Source of the DNA: Candidatus Methylomirabilis oxygeniifera
GTDB taxonomy: Bacteria; Methylomirabilota; Methylomirabilia; Methylomirabilales; Methylomirabilaceae
NCBI GenBank assembly: GCA_000091165.1
Contig: FP565575.1
Location: forward strand, 1,950,001-1,982,000
Length of the DNA: 32,000 bases
Reading direction: 5' to 3'
The position numbers and the translations under genes were made by a program. Positions 6,527-15,911 of the stretch are shown here, piece after piece. The notes below the pieces were generated by a model that saw only the letters and a program-made list of their open reading frames with translations, searched no databases and was not told the DNA's origin. Every line of letters begins with the position of its first letter. The stretch's first letter is position 1.

Positions 6527-9232
6527 CTAACTCATTTCCCCGAACCATCCGCGCCGCTCCATCCATTTGGCCAATTCTAGCACGGGCGAAACGGTAGAAG
6601 CCAATACGACGACGATAGCCCAATCCACGAGTGGCAGGCTAACCGTGCTGAACGGTTCATGCAGGAAAGGCGCATAGACAATTAGAACCAACGGCACCAA
6701 CCCCCATACAATCGCCAGATTCAACCACCGATTCGCGAAGGGCTGATGCAACACTGAATGGCGGTCGGAGCGAAAGTTATAGGCCTTGAAGCTCTCAATC
6801 AGCACCAGTGAAACGAACGTCATCGTCATGGCCTTTTCGATGCTCCGGCCGGAGTCGAGCGCCCATACAAAAAAGCCTAGGTTGACTGCCGCCGACCACA
6901 ATCCGCCCACCATCATCACAGTGACGACAGGCCGGGTGAAGATGCCGGTGCGTGGGTTTCGCGGCTTGCGACGCATGAGGTCGGGTTCGGGCGGATCGAC
7001 GGCTAACGCCAATGCGGGCAAGCCATCGGTGGCCAGATTGACGTACAGGATTTGTACGGCAGTCAACGGCAGGGGCAGGCCCAGCAGTGTGGCCCCGGCC
7101 ATCAAGACAATTTCGCCGATGTTGGATGAAAGCAGGTACATCAGATATTTCTTGATGTTGTCGAAGATGCCCCGCCCCTCTTCCACCGCCGCAACAATGG
7201 ACGCAAAGTTGTCGTCGGTCAGCGTCATGGCGGCAGCCTCTTTGGTCACGTCCGTGCCGGTGATGCCCATCGCGATACCGATGTCGGCCTTCTTGAGCGC
7301 GGGCGCGTCATTGACCCCGTCGCCCGTCATCGCAACAATGTGACCTCTCTTTTGCAGCGCCGTGACTACACGCAACTTATGCGCCGGAGAGACGCGAGCG
7401 TAGACGTCGATGTTCTCAACCTCACGTTCGAACTCGGCCTCGCTCATCGCCTCCAGCTCCGCACCGGTTACGACGCGGCCTGTCTTGAGTAATCCCAATT
7501 CACGGGCGACGGCTTGCGCGGTAAGCGGATGGTCACCGGTAATCATGATCGGCTTAATTCCAGCCTGTTCGCACGTTTCGATCGCGGTTTTCGCCTCAGG
7601 ACGCGGCGGGTCGATCATACCCACCAATCCGAGGAAGGTCATATCGCGTTCGGCGTTTTCTGGTGTTGCCCGTGGTTTGGAAGCCACCGCCAGCACCCGC
7701 AATGCCTCGCTTGCCATCCGGCGGGCTGCCTCCGCAATCATCTCCCGACCCTCGGCGTCAAGGGCTGTTACTCCATCTGCCGTCATGTGCCGGACGCACG
7801 AATCAAGGATAATTTCCGGCGCGCCCTTAGCATAGGCCACGACGCCATCCGGCTCGCTGTGCAGCGTCGTCATACGTTTGGTTTCTGAGGTAAAGGGGAT
7901 TTCGTCCACGCGGGGGAATTGCGATTCAAGCTCAGCCTTGTTCAACCCGGCCTTGACGGCGACGACGACTAATGCGCCCTCCGTCGGGTCGCCTTTGACG
8001 TGCCAGCGGCCATTAGCCTCGCTATGAACGATATGCGCATCGGAGGCCAGCGCGACGGCGCGCAAGAGCAGTTTCAGTGGGCTAGAGGGTTCAATGGTGA
8101 GACCCTCGCGCGAGAACCGGCCGTGCGGCTCATAGCCCGCCCCGGAGACATCCAGCATCTGCCAGGCCACACAGATCTTGCGGACCGTCATCTCGTCTTT
8201 CGTCAGCGTGCCGGTCTTGTCTGAGCAGATCACCGACGTGCTGCCGAGCGTCTCGACCGCCTGGAGGCGGCGCATCAGCGCGTGGCGTTTGACCATCCGC
8301 TGCACGCCGATCGCCAGCGAAATCGTGACCACAGCCGGCAGGGCCTCGGGGACAACGGCAACCGCCAGTGCAATACCGAACATCAACATCTCAATGAAGG
8401 GTTGCCCGCGATACAGACCGAGGACAACAATAGCTGCCACCACCACGAGGGCAGCCCACGCCAGTACGCGACCAATCTTATCCAGGTTGGCCTGCAACGG
8501 GGTCCTGCCGGTTTCGACCGTCTGGAGCATTTGGGCAATCTTGCCAAACTCAGTATTCATGCCCGTCGCAACGACAACCGCGCGACCCCGGCCATAGGTC
8601 GCGGCGGTACCGGCGTAGGCCAGATTCTTACGATCGCCCAAGGCTAATAATTCACCATTCGTAAGCGGTGCGGCGTGCTTATCCACCGGAACCGACTCGC
8701 CCGTCAGTGCGGCCTCTTCGATATGCAGATTGACGGCCTCAATCAATCTGACATCGGCGGGAATTTTATCGCCTGCTCGCAAAAGGACGACATCGCCAGG
8801 CACGAGGGCGCGCGCCGGGATTTCAACTTCCTCCCTATCGCGGAGGGCGGTTGCGGTCGGTGCGGCCATTTGGCGCAATACCTCGGTCGCGCGTTCGGCC
8901 CGGTATTCCTGCGCAAAACCTAACAGCACGGCAAACAGCACAATGACGGCAATGGCAATGGCTTCAATTCCATGTCCAAGGAAGGCGGACAGCGCCGTCG
9001 CCACAAGCAGAATGACAATCAGGATATTCTTGAACTGCTCAAAGAAAATCGTCCATGGCGAGATGCGGTGGGCGGCTTGCAGTTCATTCGGCCCATATTC
9101 GGCTAAGCGTTGGGCCGCCTCCGCCCCTGTGAGACCGGTGGGTGTGGATTTCAGGTGAGCAAAGATGGTTTCGTTGGAGAGGGTATGCCAGAGGGTAGGG
9201 TCGAACCCTAGTCGGGATTTAGGAGGGCCCAT
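6527..9232 (-). CDS. Cation-transporting P-type ATPase (P2/Ca2+-type-like)
   Basis: TGES, VICSDKTGTLTKDEM, MTGDGVNDAPALKKADIGIAMG, TM4 PEALPAVVTISLAIGV, TM6 NLATDGLPALALAVDPPE; ATG at 9232 preferred over track start 9283. Confidence 0.92.
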   Translation of the reverse strand: MGPPKSRLGFDPTLWHTLSNETIFAHLKSTPTGLTGAEAAQRLAEYGPNELQAAHRISPWTIFFEQFKNILIVILLVATALSAFLGHGIEAIAIAVIVLFAVLLGFAQEYRAERATEVLRQMAAPTATALRDREEVEIPARALVPGDVVLLRAGDKIPADVRLIEAVNLHIEEAALTGESVPVDKHAAPLTNGELLALGDRKNLAYAGTAATYGRGRAVVVATGMNTEFGKIAQMLQTVETGRTPLQANLDKIGRVLAWAALVVVAAIVVLGLYRGQPFIEMLMFGIALAVAVVPEALPAVVTISLAIGVQRMVKRHALMRRLQAVETLGSTSVICSDKTGTLTKDEMTVRKICVAWQMLDVSGAGYEPHGRFSREGLTIEPSSPLKLLLRAVALASDAHIVHSEANGRWHVKGDPTEGALVVVAVKAGLNKAELESQFPRVDEIPFTSETKRMTTLHSEPDGVVAYAKGAPEIILDSCVRHMTADGVTALDAEGREMIAEAARRMASEALRVLAVASKPRATPENAERDMTFLGLVGMIDPPRPEAKTAIETCEQAGIKPIMITGDHPLTAQAVARELGLLKTGRVVTGAELEAMSEAEFEREVENIDVYARVSPAHKLRVVTALQKRGHIVAMTGDGVNDAPALKKADIGIAMGITGTDVTKEAAAMTLTDDNFASIVAAVEEGRGIFDNIKKYLMYLLSSNIGEIVLMAGATLLGLPLPLTAVQILYVNLATDGLPALALAVDPPEPDLMRRKPRNPRTGIFTRPVVTVMMVGGLWSAAVNLGFFVWALDSGRSIEKAMTMTFVSLVLIESFKAYNFRSDRHSVLHQPFANRWLNLAIVWGLVPLVLIVYAPFLHEPFSTVSLPLVDWAIVVVLASTVSPVLELAKWMERRGWFGEMS

Positions 9233-10040
9233 CGCTCGGCCGATGCTCGCCTCGCAAGTAGGCCACCCAGTACACGCCTGCAACGAGCAGAGTTCCGCCG
9301 ACTACGTTGCCGGCGGTCACAGCAACGAGGTTGCTCGTGATCCCAACGACTGATATCGTCCCGTCGCCGTCCAGCGCAAGTCCGAGGGGCAGGAAGAACC
9401 AGTTGGCGATCGAGTGCTCAAAGCCCATCGCCACGAAGGCGGTAATGGGAAAGAGAATCGCTAGAATCTTGTCGGTCGCGCTGCGGCCGCCCAGGGCAAG
9501 CCACACCGCCAGACAGACCAGCGCGTTACACAGAATGCCGCGCGCGAAGGCCTCGGTCACTGGCAGGTCGGCCTTCGCGCGAGCGATATTGATAGCCGTT
9601 TCGGCGATAGCGCCACCGCCCAGACCGGCAACGTTGGCCCACACAACGAGCAGTACCGTAGCCAGACAGCCGCTCACATTGCCCACGTAGGCCAGGAACC
9701 AGTTGCGCATGACCTCTCGGGTGCCGATCAGTTTGCTCGCCCAAGCCATGGCGATCAGGTTATTCCCGGTAAATAGCTCGGCGCCCGCAATCACGACGAG
9801 GATCAGACCGAGGCAGAAGCTTACGCCGCCGACCAACCGCGTCATACCGAACCCGAGGGTCGATTTAGTTACCGCAACGATGAAAAAGAGCGCGCCGAGC
9901 GAGATAAAGGCGCCGGCCAGGACGGCCAGCACCAGCAGCGTCAGCGCATCGGTACGCGCCTTCGCCACACCGAGGCTTTCGACCTTCCGCGCAATCTCTC
10001 GCGGCGGATAGGCGTCACTGAAGGGCTGGTCTTTATCCAT
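9219..10040 (-). CDS. Formate/nitrite transporter (FNT) family protein
   Basis: Multi-TM protein with ELFTGNNLIAMAWASKLI, GNVSGCLATVLLVVWANVAGL, ILCNALVCLAVWLALGGRS, GFEHSIANWFFLPLGL, AVTAGNVVGGTLLVAGVYWVAYLR. Confidence 0.9.
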   Translation of the reverse strand: MDKDQPFSDAYPPREIARKVESLGVAKARTDALTLLVLAVLAGAFISLGALFFIVAVTKSTLGFGMTRLVGGVSFCLGLILVVIAGAELFTGNNLIAMAWASKLIGTREVMRNWFLAYVGNVSGCLATVLLVVWANVAGLGGGAIAETAINIARAKADLPVTEAFARGILCNALVCLAVWLALGGRSATDKILAILFPITAFVAMGFEHSIANWFFLPLGLALDGDGTISVVGITSNLVAVTAGNVVGGTLLVAGVYWVAYLRGEHRPSDGPS

Positions 10041-10123
10041 TCGCCTGGCGCCCGTTCACAACGTGGTATCGCCTACCGACAAGCGTCTCGATTGCTTTGT
10101 GAGTGGACACAGCGTTCCGTGTC

Positions 10124-11410
10124 TCACTTTCCCTTTACGTGTCGCATCTCACTCGCTACGGCCTTGATTTCCGCAAGGTCCTGAACCATCTCGCTCCAGC
10201 CGTACCAGAGAGCGTAGTCGGGGTTCGCGTGAAACGTACCCTGGAAGGCTCGCATGCGGTGCTCCAGGAACATCCGGAAAAGCCGCAGCTCTACCGGCGT
10301 CGCCGCGTCGTGGAACGTGAGCAGGTCGGGAAAAGCGTGCGCGTAGGACGCAGGCTTCGCGATGATCCCGTCCTTGTAGAGACCCGCAACCACCCGGATC
10401 GCCTCCGCCATCAGGCGATCGGTCTGCCGTATCATATCGTCGCCCTTCGCCAGTTCCGCCTTGGCGAAGTTCTCCGAATGGCAGCGGCGGCAGACTGCAA
10501 TCATCTTATCGCGCTCGGCCTGCCACTCTTCCTGAGTCAGCCGGGCCACCGCAGCGGCCTTGACGACGTCGAGCCGCGCCGTCGGCTTCCCGTCCGGGTC
10601 GAGAACGCCCAACCCCTGCAGGATCGTTGCCCGGTCCGCCGCCCATTGCTTGTCCTCTGGCATCGTGAGCCGCACGGCCAGGAACCCCCACCCGGTCTTC
10701 ACGCCATGGTCGCCGTCCGGCATATGGCACGTCTGGCAGGTCGGCGCCGCGGCTTGCCCCGGCAGGACACCGGCCTGCTTCAGCAGATATCTCACCCCGT
10801 GCTTCGATGAGGAATACATCTCCCACTGCGGGTGATCAAAACCCATGTGGCAGGTCTGGCACGCCTGCGGCTGGCGCGCCTCCTCGACAGAGAAGGTGTG
10901 GCGGGTATGGCATGCATCGCAGGAGGCTACCCCGAACGCGTGCCCCTCGCCCGAGAGGTCCCGAATCTCCTTCTCACTCTTGAGGCCGATCTTGTGGCAC
11001 CCCCCACACCCTTTCATCCCCTCCGTGAGAGCCATCGGCAGATAGTGCGTCGTCGGCATCGCCTTCATCGCCGCCCAGGCGGCGGCGTGCTTGCCACGCT
11101 TGAACTGCGCCACACGCTCAGCATGGCAAATACTGCAAGTCTCAGGTGTCGGAATATCGGCTTTCGCTGTATCCATAGCGCTCGTGTGCCCATCCCCGTG
11201 GCAGGCCGCACACTCGACGCCGTTGCGGGCGTGCTTGGAGAGTTGCCAGTCCTCCACGATTCCGGGTGACTCCTGCTTGTGGCACCCGATGCAGTTCTGC
11301 GTAGGCGTGGCTGCCGCGCCCTGTGCAAGGGCACTGCCTCCTGGCGAAATCGCGGCACACGCCACCCACGCGAGCAATCCCAACACTGCGAAACGAATAC
11401 ACGACGCCAC
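10124..11410 (-). CDS. Octaheme cytochrome c, hydroxylamine oxidoreductase (HAO)-like
   Basis: Signal peptide and eight CxxCH motifs: CIGCH, CAACH, CSICH, CGGCH, CDACH, CQTCH, CQTCH, CRRCH; C-terminal FHANPDYALWYGWSEM resembles the HAO family. Confidence 0.85.
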   Translation of the reverse strand: MASCIRFAVLGLLAWVACAAISPGGSALAQGAAATPTQNCIGCHKQESPGIVEDWQLSKHARNGVECAACHGDGHTSAMDTAKADIPTPETCSICHAERVAQFKRGKHAAAWAAMKAMPTTHYLPMALTEGMKGCGGCHKIGLKSEKEIRDLSGEGHAFGVASCDACHTRHTFSVEEARQPQACQTCHMGFDHPQWEMYSSSKHGVRYLLKQAGVLPGQAAAPTCQTCHMPDGDHGVKTGWGFLAVRLTMPEDKQWAADRATILQGLGVLDPDGKPTARLDVVKAAAVARLTQEEWQAERDKMIAVCRRCHSENFAKAELAKGDDMIRQTDRLMAEAIRVVAGLYKDGIIAKPASYAHAFPDLLTFHDAATPVELRLFRMFLEHRMRAFQGTFHANPDYALWYGWSEMVQDLAEIKAVASEMRHVKGK

Positions 11411-11650
11411 CTTAATTGCTCCTTTTTCCTGATGGACTACTACCCGCTTACAAATGGGCTTTCACCAGCAGCCGGTCGCTCGCCACGGCCAGCCGGGACA
11501 CCTCCACCTCCACAACGACCGCTTGGTCCCGGTCCCGACACAGCGGGCGTAGGCAGGCGCGCTCAGCGTCTTCAAGCGCTGGTTGGGCCGCATACCCTTC
11601 GGTTCGGCCTCACGACCCCGGCCGACTGACCCCATGAAATGGAATACGAG

Positions 11651-12463
11651 TCAACTCCGCTTCGTCTCGGCGTAGGGCGCTTGAGCAAATCGGATGCCCA
11701 TTGCCCGCAGTGCCTCTTTGCCTCGAATCGTCAAGTCCGTGATGAACAGGAATTGGTCGCGGCTCTCCTTCACGTAGGCCTTCAGTCGGTATTGTGTGCC
11801 CCAGGGCATCTCCAACACGATCACGGTTACTGGTGTTTCTGACTTTCGGTAGGAACTGGTTTCCGCAATCTCCGCCAACCGCCGTCGCACGGCTCCGGCA
11901 TCATGGTCGGGGTGCAGGTAGAACTCCGCCACGCATAACAGGCTTCTGCTGCCGCTGCTGGCGTTGGAGATGCTGGCCGTCCAGAGCAGCGAATGCGGAA
12001 TGATCACTTCGGTATCGTCGGGTGTGACAATGCGCACGGCTCGGAGGGCAATGGTTTTGACCTCACCGTAGGTACCGCCCACCTCGATCCAGTCTCCTGG
12101 CTGGTAGGTGTTCTCCAGCACAGTCGCCAGTCCGGCAACCAGGCTGCTCGCGTAGTCCTTAAGCGCAAAAGCCAAGGCCAGACCTACGGTCGCTATCAGC
12201 GCAGCAACGCTGCGAAAGGTCGGCTCAACCAGAATCGGTACCGCGACCATGATGGCACCGGCACCGATAAGCAGGCGCGCAATTGGCATCGCGCGCAGGA
12301 TCGAGAGACGCCAGCGAGGCGGAGCGTTCTCGGCGAAATGGCGGAGGACCCACCGGACGGCGAAGGACAGCAGCCTGGCCGAAAATAAGATGGCCAGGAC
12401 AAGCAGCACGTGCTGCCAAGTGAGCCTTTGCAAGAGGCCCCACGCATTAAGCTCTTCGCTCAT
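11651..12463 (-). CDS. Mechanosensitive ion channel, MscS family
   Basis: FALKDYASSLVAGLATVLENTYQPGDWIEVGGTYGEVKTIALRAVRIVTPDDTEVIIPHSLLWTASISN. Confidence 0.88.
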   Translation of the reverse strand: MSEELNAWGLLQRLTWQHVLLVLAILFSARLLSFAVRWVLRHFAENAPPRWRLSILRAMPIARLLIGAGAIMVAVPILVEPTFRSVAALIATVGLALAFALKDYASSLVAGLATVLENTYQPGDWIEVGGTYGEVKTIALRAVRIVTPDDTEVIIPHSLLWTASISNASSGSRSLLCVAEFYLHPDHDAGAVRRRLAEIAETSSYRKSETPVTVIVLEMPWGTQYRLKAYVKESRDQFLFITDLTIRGKEALRAMGIRFAQAPYAETKRS

Positions 12464-12525
12464 CTAACGTTCTCTCCGTCCTCAGAGAGTCGTTATGACC
12501 TAGCGGAGTCTGGCGCTAACCTGCC

Positions 12526-12549
12526 CTTAGGTGAGCACACTCACCTAAG
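12526..12549. repeat. Perfect 10-bp inverted repeat with 4-nt loop
   Basis: CTTAGGTGAG-CACA-CTCACCTAAG, upstream of the mscS start. Confidence 0.75.
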
Positions 12550-12798
12550 CGAGCCCGGTGCAACGACCAATTCGGCCACCGCAGGCAGCCTCCCGCTGGC
12601 GGAGCAGCCGTCGGAGGAACTCGCCTATGCCGGAGCCGGTGGCATGCGGTAGCCGGTCCACAAGCTACATGTCCCGCGGCAACAGGAATCTGACCCATCT
12701 CTCCTCCTGATATGTCCAAAGGCGCCCGCTATGCCCTTTCGCAGAGCGAAGCCGGCGGATGAGACATGCTGACGGTCAGATAATCAAACTCTGTTCTA

Positions 12799-13605
12799 TC
12801 AGTCGGCCAGAACGTGTGTCGTCTCGTAGCCGAGTCGTTCGGAGAGCTTGATCGCCGCCGTCTTGACGAGCGGGGCGATCTCATGTTCGATCCGGTCAAG
12901 GGAAAACCGCGACGCGGGACCGGACAGACCGATGCTGGCCACCACCTTTCGAGAATAGTCGCGCACGGGGGCGGCAATACATCGCACTCCAGGCTCGTAC
13001 TCTTCATTATCCACGGCAAACCCAAGCCTGGCCACTTCACGGAGATGCTCCCGGAATGCCTGCGGATCGGTAATCGTGTGCTCGGTGAGTTTGCGCATCG
13101 GCTCGTCTTGAAGGATGCTGTCCAACCGGTCGGCCGACTCGTAGGCCAGTTGTGCCTTTCCTGCAGCGGTGCAATGCACCGGGAGACGCCGCCCTGGAAA
13201 CGATGCGACCCGAACCATCAGGGTCGTGTCCTGAACAAGGACATAGATAACCTCCGATCCATCCAGAACGGCCAGATAGGCAGTTTCATTACACTGGCTC
13301 ACCAGCTCTTCGATGATCGGCCGGGCCTGGCGCCGAAAGCCGAGATGATGGAGGAAGACGTTGGCCAGCTCGAACGGCTTGATCCCAAGGTGGTAGTTGG
13401 CGGTCTTTTTGTCCTGCTCAATATAGCCTCGTACCTCAAGGGTAGCCAGTAGTCGAAAGACGTTATTTTTAGGCAGGTGGAGCTTCTCGGCGAGTTCCGT
13501 CACGCCTAACTCCCCTGTCTGATAATCAAACGACTCCAGGATATCAAGCGCTCGATCGACAGACTGGACGAGATAATCGGCCTTTTCTTTCTTTCGATGG
13601 TCCAT
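12799..13605 (-). CDS. IclR-family transcriptional regulator
   Basis: VQSVDRALDILESFDYQTGELGVTELAEKLHLPKNNVFRLLATLEVRGYIEQDKKTANYHLG...; effector domain GVRCIAAPVRDYSRKVVASIGLSGP. Confidence 0.9.
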   Translation of the reverse strand: MDHRKKEKADYLVQSVDRALDILESFDYQTGELGVTELAEKLHLPKNNVFRLLATLEVRGYIEQDKKTANYHLGIKPFELANVFLHHLGFRRQARPIIEELVSQCNETAYLAVLDGSEVIYVLVQDTTLMVRVASFPGRRLPVHCTAAGKAQLAYESADRLDSILQDEPMRKLTEHTITDPQAFREHLREVARLGFAVDNEEYEPGVRCIAAPVRDYSRKVVASIGLSGPASRFSLDRIEHEIAPLVKTAAIKLSERLGYETTHVLAD

Positions 13606-13727
13606 GCACTCCTCGTATACCCTTCGGTAAAACAAGGTAACGCTTGCTCGACACATAGTCAGGTGGCAGGAAAAACGGTGTGACTATAAAAGGGCGTTCT
13701 ATTTTTGTCAACGCAAAAATGACAGGC

Positions 13728-14441
13728 CTAAATGACCGGCCGTTCGTCAAAGATCGCCGTGCCAATCCGAACCAGCGTAGCCCCTTCTTCGATGGCGATC
13801 TCGTAATCGTGGCTCATCCCCATCGAGAGGTGACGGAGCGGACAGTCGGGACAGGCCCTGGCCGCCTCGTCTCGTAGCAGCCGGAGCCTGCGAAAGAACG
13901 GTCGGACGTCCTCGGGATTCCTGCGAAAGGGCGGGACGGCCATCAGGCCTTCGATAACCAGATGAGTGAACTGGCGACACGATTCGAGCAGCGGCACGAG
14001 GTCGTGTTCGAGCACACCGGTCTTACTCGGCTCGCCACCGAGGTTGACCTCTACGAGAACCCGTATCTGCTTCGCCAAGGCGGCCCCATGCCGGTCCAGG
14101 GCAACAGCCAGCTTGACAGAATCGAGCGAATGGATCAGCCCAAACAGCTCAGCAGCAGACCGACTCTTGTTTGTCTGTAAGTGACCGATCAGATGCCATG
14201 TGACCGGGAGCGAACTCAAGAGGGCCATCTTATCCGACGCCTCCTGGACCCGATTCTCGCCCAGCAGCATGACGCCGACATCGATCGCCTCTCGGATACG
14301 GGGAATCGGTACGGTCTTGGTGACAGCGACCAGCGCTATCTCATCAGGGTCCCGGCCGACGCGGTGAGCCGCCTCGGCCATCCGCTGCCTGACCTGCTCT
14401 ATTCGATCTTTTACCCGTTCCGTCAAGCCACCCTTCTTCAC
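13728..14441 (-). CDS. yggS: YggS/PLPBP-family PLP-binding protein
   Basis: VALVAVTKTVPIPRIREAIDVG, LLGENRVQEASDKM, WHLIGHLQTNKSR, LSMGMSHDYEIAIEEGATLVRIGTAIF. Confidence 0.92.
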   Translation of the reverse strand: MKKGGLTERVKDRIEQVRQRMAEAAHRVGRDPDEIALVAVTKTVPIPRIREAIDVGVMLLGENRVQEASDKMALLSSLPVTWHLIGHLQTNKSRSAAELFGLIHSLDSVKLAVALDRHGAALAKQIRVLVEVNLGGEPSKTGVLEHDLVPLLESCRQFTHLVIEGLMAVPPFRRNPEDVRPFFRRLRLLRDEAARACPDCPLRHLSMGMSHDYEIAIEEGATLVRIGTAIFDERPVI

Positions 14442-14450
14442 ATCCTGTCC

Positions 14451-14642
14451 CTACATGCACCGCCGTAAGGCATGATCCGGATGGCTTGCCCGGAGCTCCG
14501 CGATCCCCTCAAACCGCAACAGCCGACGGCAGTTCGGGCAGACATTTTCCAATCCGCCGATTGGCAACAGGCAGTGCGGACAGGTGGTCATCGATCTGTC
14601 TGAAAACAGGAACATCTGAAACAGTTTGCTGAGTCGCCTCAT
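14451..14642 (-). CDS. Small Cys4 zinc-ribbon-like protein
   Basis: 63 aa with CPHC...CPNC in frame between yggS and ftsZ on the same strand. Confidence 0.55.
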   Translation of the reverse strand: MRRLSKLFQMFLFSDRSMTTCPHCLLPIGGLENVCPNCRRLLRFEGIAELRASHPDHALRRCM

Positions 14643-14693
14643 TGACGTATCCCCCCTTCCCTGGCATGCTCAAGAAGGAGCTTCCTGAGTTCG

Positions 14694-15878
14694 CTAATCG
14701 GCCTGACGCCGCAAAAAGGTCGGGATATCCAACTCGTCTCCATCAAGGTCCGCCGATCTCAGTTCCAGATCGCGAAGATTAAACTGTTCCTCAGAGGTCT
14801 CGCGCCCGATCGTCCCGCGTTTCCTGAGGAATCCGCCGCGCTCAGCGGCCTTGGCTGCATACGCCTTCATCTCGACCATGTTTTTTGATGACCCATCCTC
14901 TCTCATTGAGGCAGCGGCCTCAAACCCGGTCGCAATCACGGTCACGCAGACACTATCTTTCAACGATTCGTCAATCACTGCGCCGAAGATGATATTGGCA
15001 TCTTGATGAGCCGACTCGCAGATTGTGGAACTGGCCTCATTCACCTCATAAAGCGACAACGCCGGACCGCCGGTGATGTTGATGAGGACGCCCCTGGCGC
15101 CGTCGATGGAAACGTTTTCCAGAAGTGGGCTGTTGATCGCCTTGACGGCCGCTTCAGAGGCCGCTCTCTCTCCAGACGCCACACCGATCCCCATCATGGC
15201 AATCCCGCGCTCCGACATGATGGTCTTGACGTCGGCAAAGTCCAGGTTAATCAGACCAGGCACCATGATGAGGTCTGCAATCCCCTGCACCGCCTGACGC
15301 AACACGTCGTCGGCAATCCTGAATGCGTCGGTCAGTGAGGTCTGCCGCTCTACAACCTGCAGCAACCGCTGGTTCGGAATGGTGATCAGGGTGTCGACGC
15401 TCTCACACAGCGCAGTAAGCCCACGAGATGCATGACCCTCACGGACCTTACCCTCGAACGTAAACGGCTTGGTCACGACTCCAACCGTCAGAATGCCCAA
15501 CTCCTTGGCGAGATTCGCGATGACAGGCGCCGCGCCGGTTCCCGTTCCTCCTCCCAGGCCGGCGGTAACGAACACCATATCTGCGCCTTCCAGGAGGCTC
15601 ACGATCCTGTCGGTATCCTCAAGCGCCGCTTGTCGTCCGATCTCCGGATTCGCCCCCGCCCCCAAACCTCTCGTGACATTCGCGCCGATCTGAAGCTTGG
15701 CGTCGACCGGAGACATTCTGAGCGCCTGCGTGTCGGTATTCACCACAAAAAACTCGACTCCGGTGAAATCCGACGCCGACATCCGATTCACCGCATTGGA
15801 CCCCCCGCCCCCAACTCCGATCACCTTAATCCTGGCTGTGTGCTCAGCGTCGATCTCCAGCGCGAATGGCATCTCCAC
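14694..15878 (-). CDS. ftsZ: Cell division protein FtsZ
   Basis: [37 protein letters not shown] tubulin signature; C-terminal [13 protein letters not shown]. Confidence 0.98.
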   Translation of the reverse strand: MEMPFALEIDAEHTARIKVIGVGGGGSNAVNRMSASDFTGVEFFVVNTDTQALRMSPVDAKLQIGANVTRGLGAGANPEIGRQAALEDTDRIVSLLEGADMVFVTAGLGGGTGTGAAPVIANLAKELGILTVGVVTKPFTFEGKVREGHASRGLTALCESVDTLITIPNQRLLQVVERQTSLTDAFRIADDVLRQAVQGIADLIMVPGLINLDFADVKTIMSERGIAMMGIGVASGERAASEAAVKAINSPLLENVSIDGARGVLINITGGPALSLYEVNEASSTICESAHQDANIIFGAVIDESLKDSVCVTVIATGFEAAASMREDGSSKNMVEMKAYAAKAAERGGFLRKRGTIGRETSEEQFNLRDLELRSADLDGDELDIPTFLRRQAD

Positions 15879-15911
15879 CTCCCCTCGAAAGTCGTTATTG
15901 AATGTTGGATC

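Noticed and set aside
6786-7343. Plus-strand ORFs inside the P-type ATPase (6786-7343, 7410-7835, 8178-8597, 8730-9158)
   Set aside because: All antisense to a well-supported ATPase; low-complexity Ser/Ala/Thr translations.
10103-10810. Plus-strand ORF (235 aa)
   Set aside because: Antisense to the octaheme cytochrome; His/Arg-rich shadow reading.
11411-11650. Possible small gene between mscS and the octaheme cytochrome
   Set aside because: Short open minus-strand frames (under 60 aa) exist but none has an RBS plus recognisable domain.
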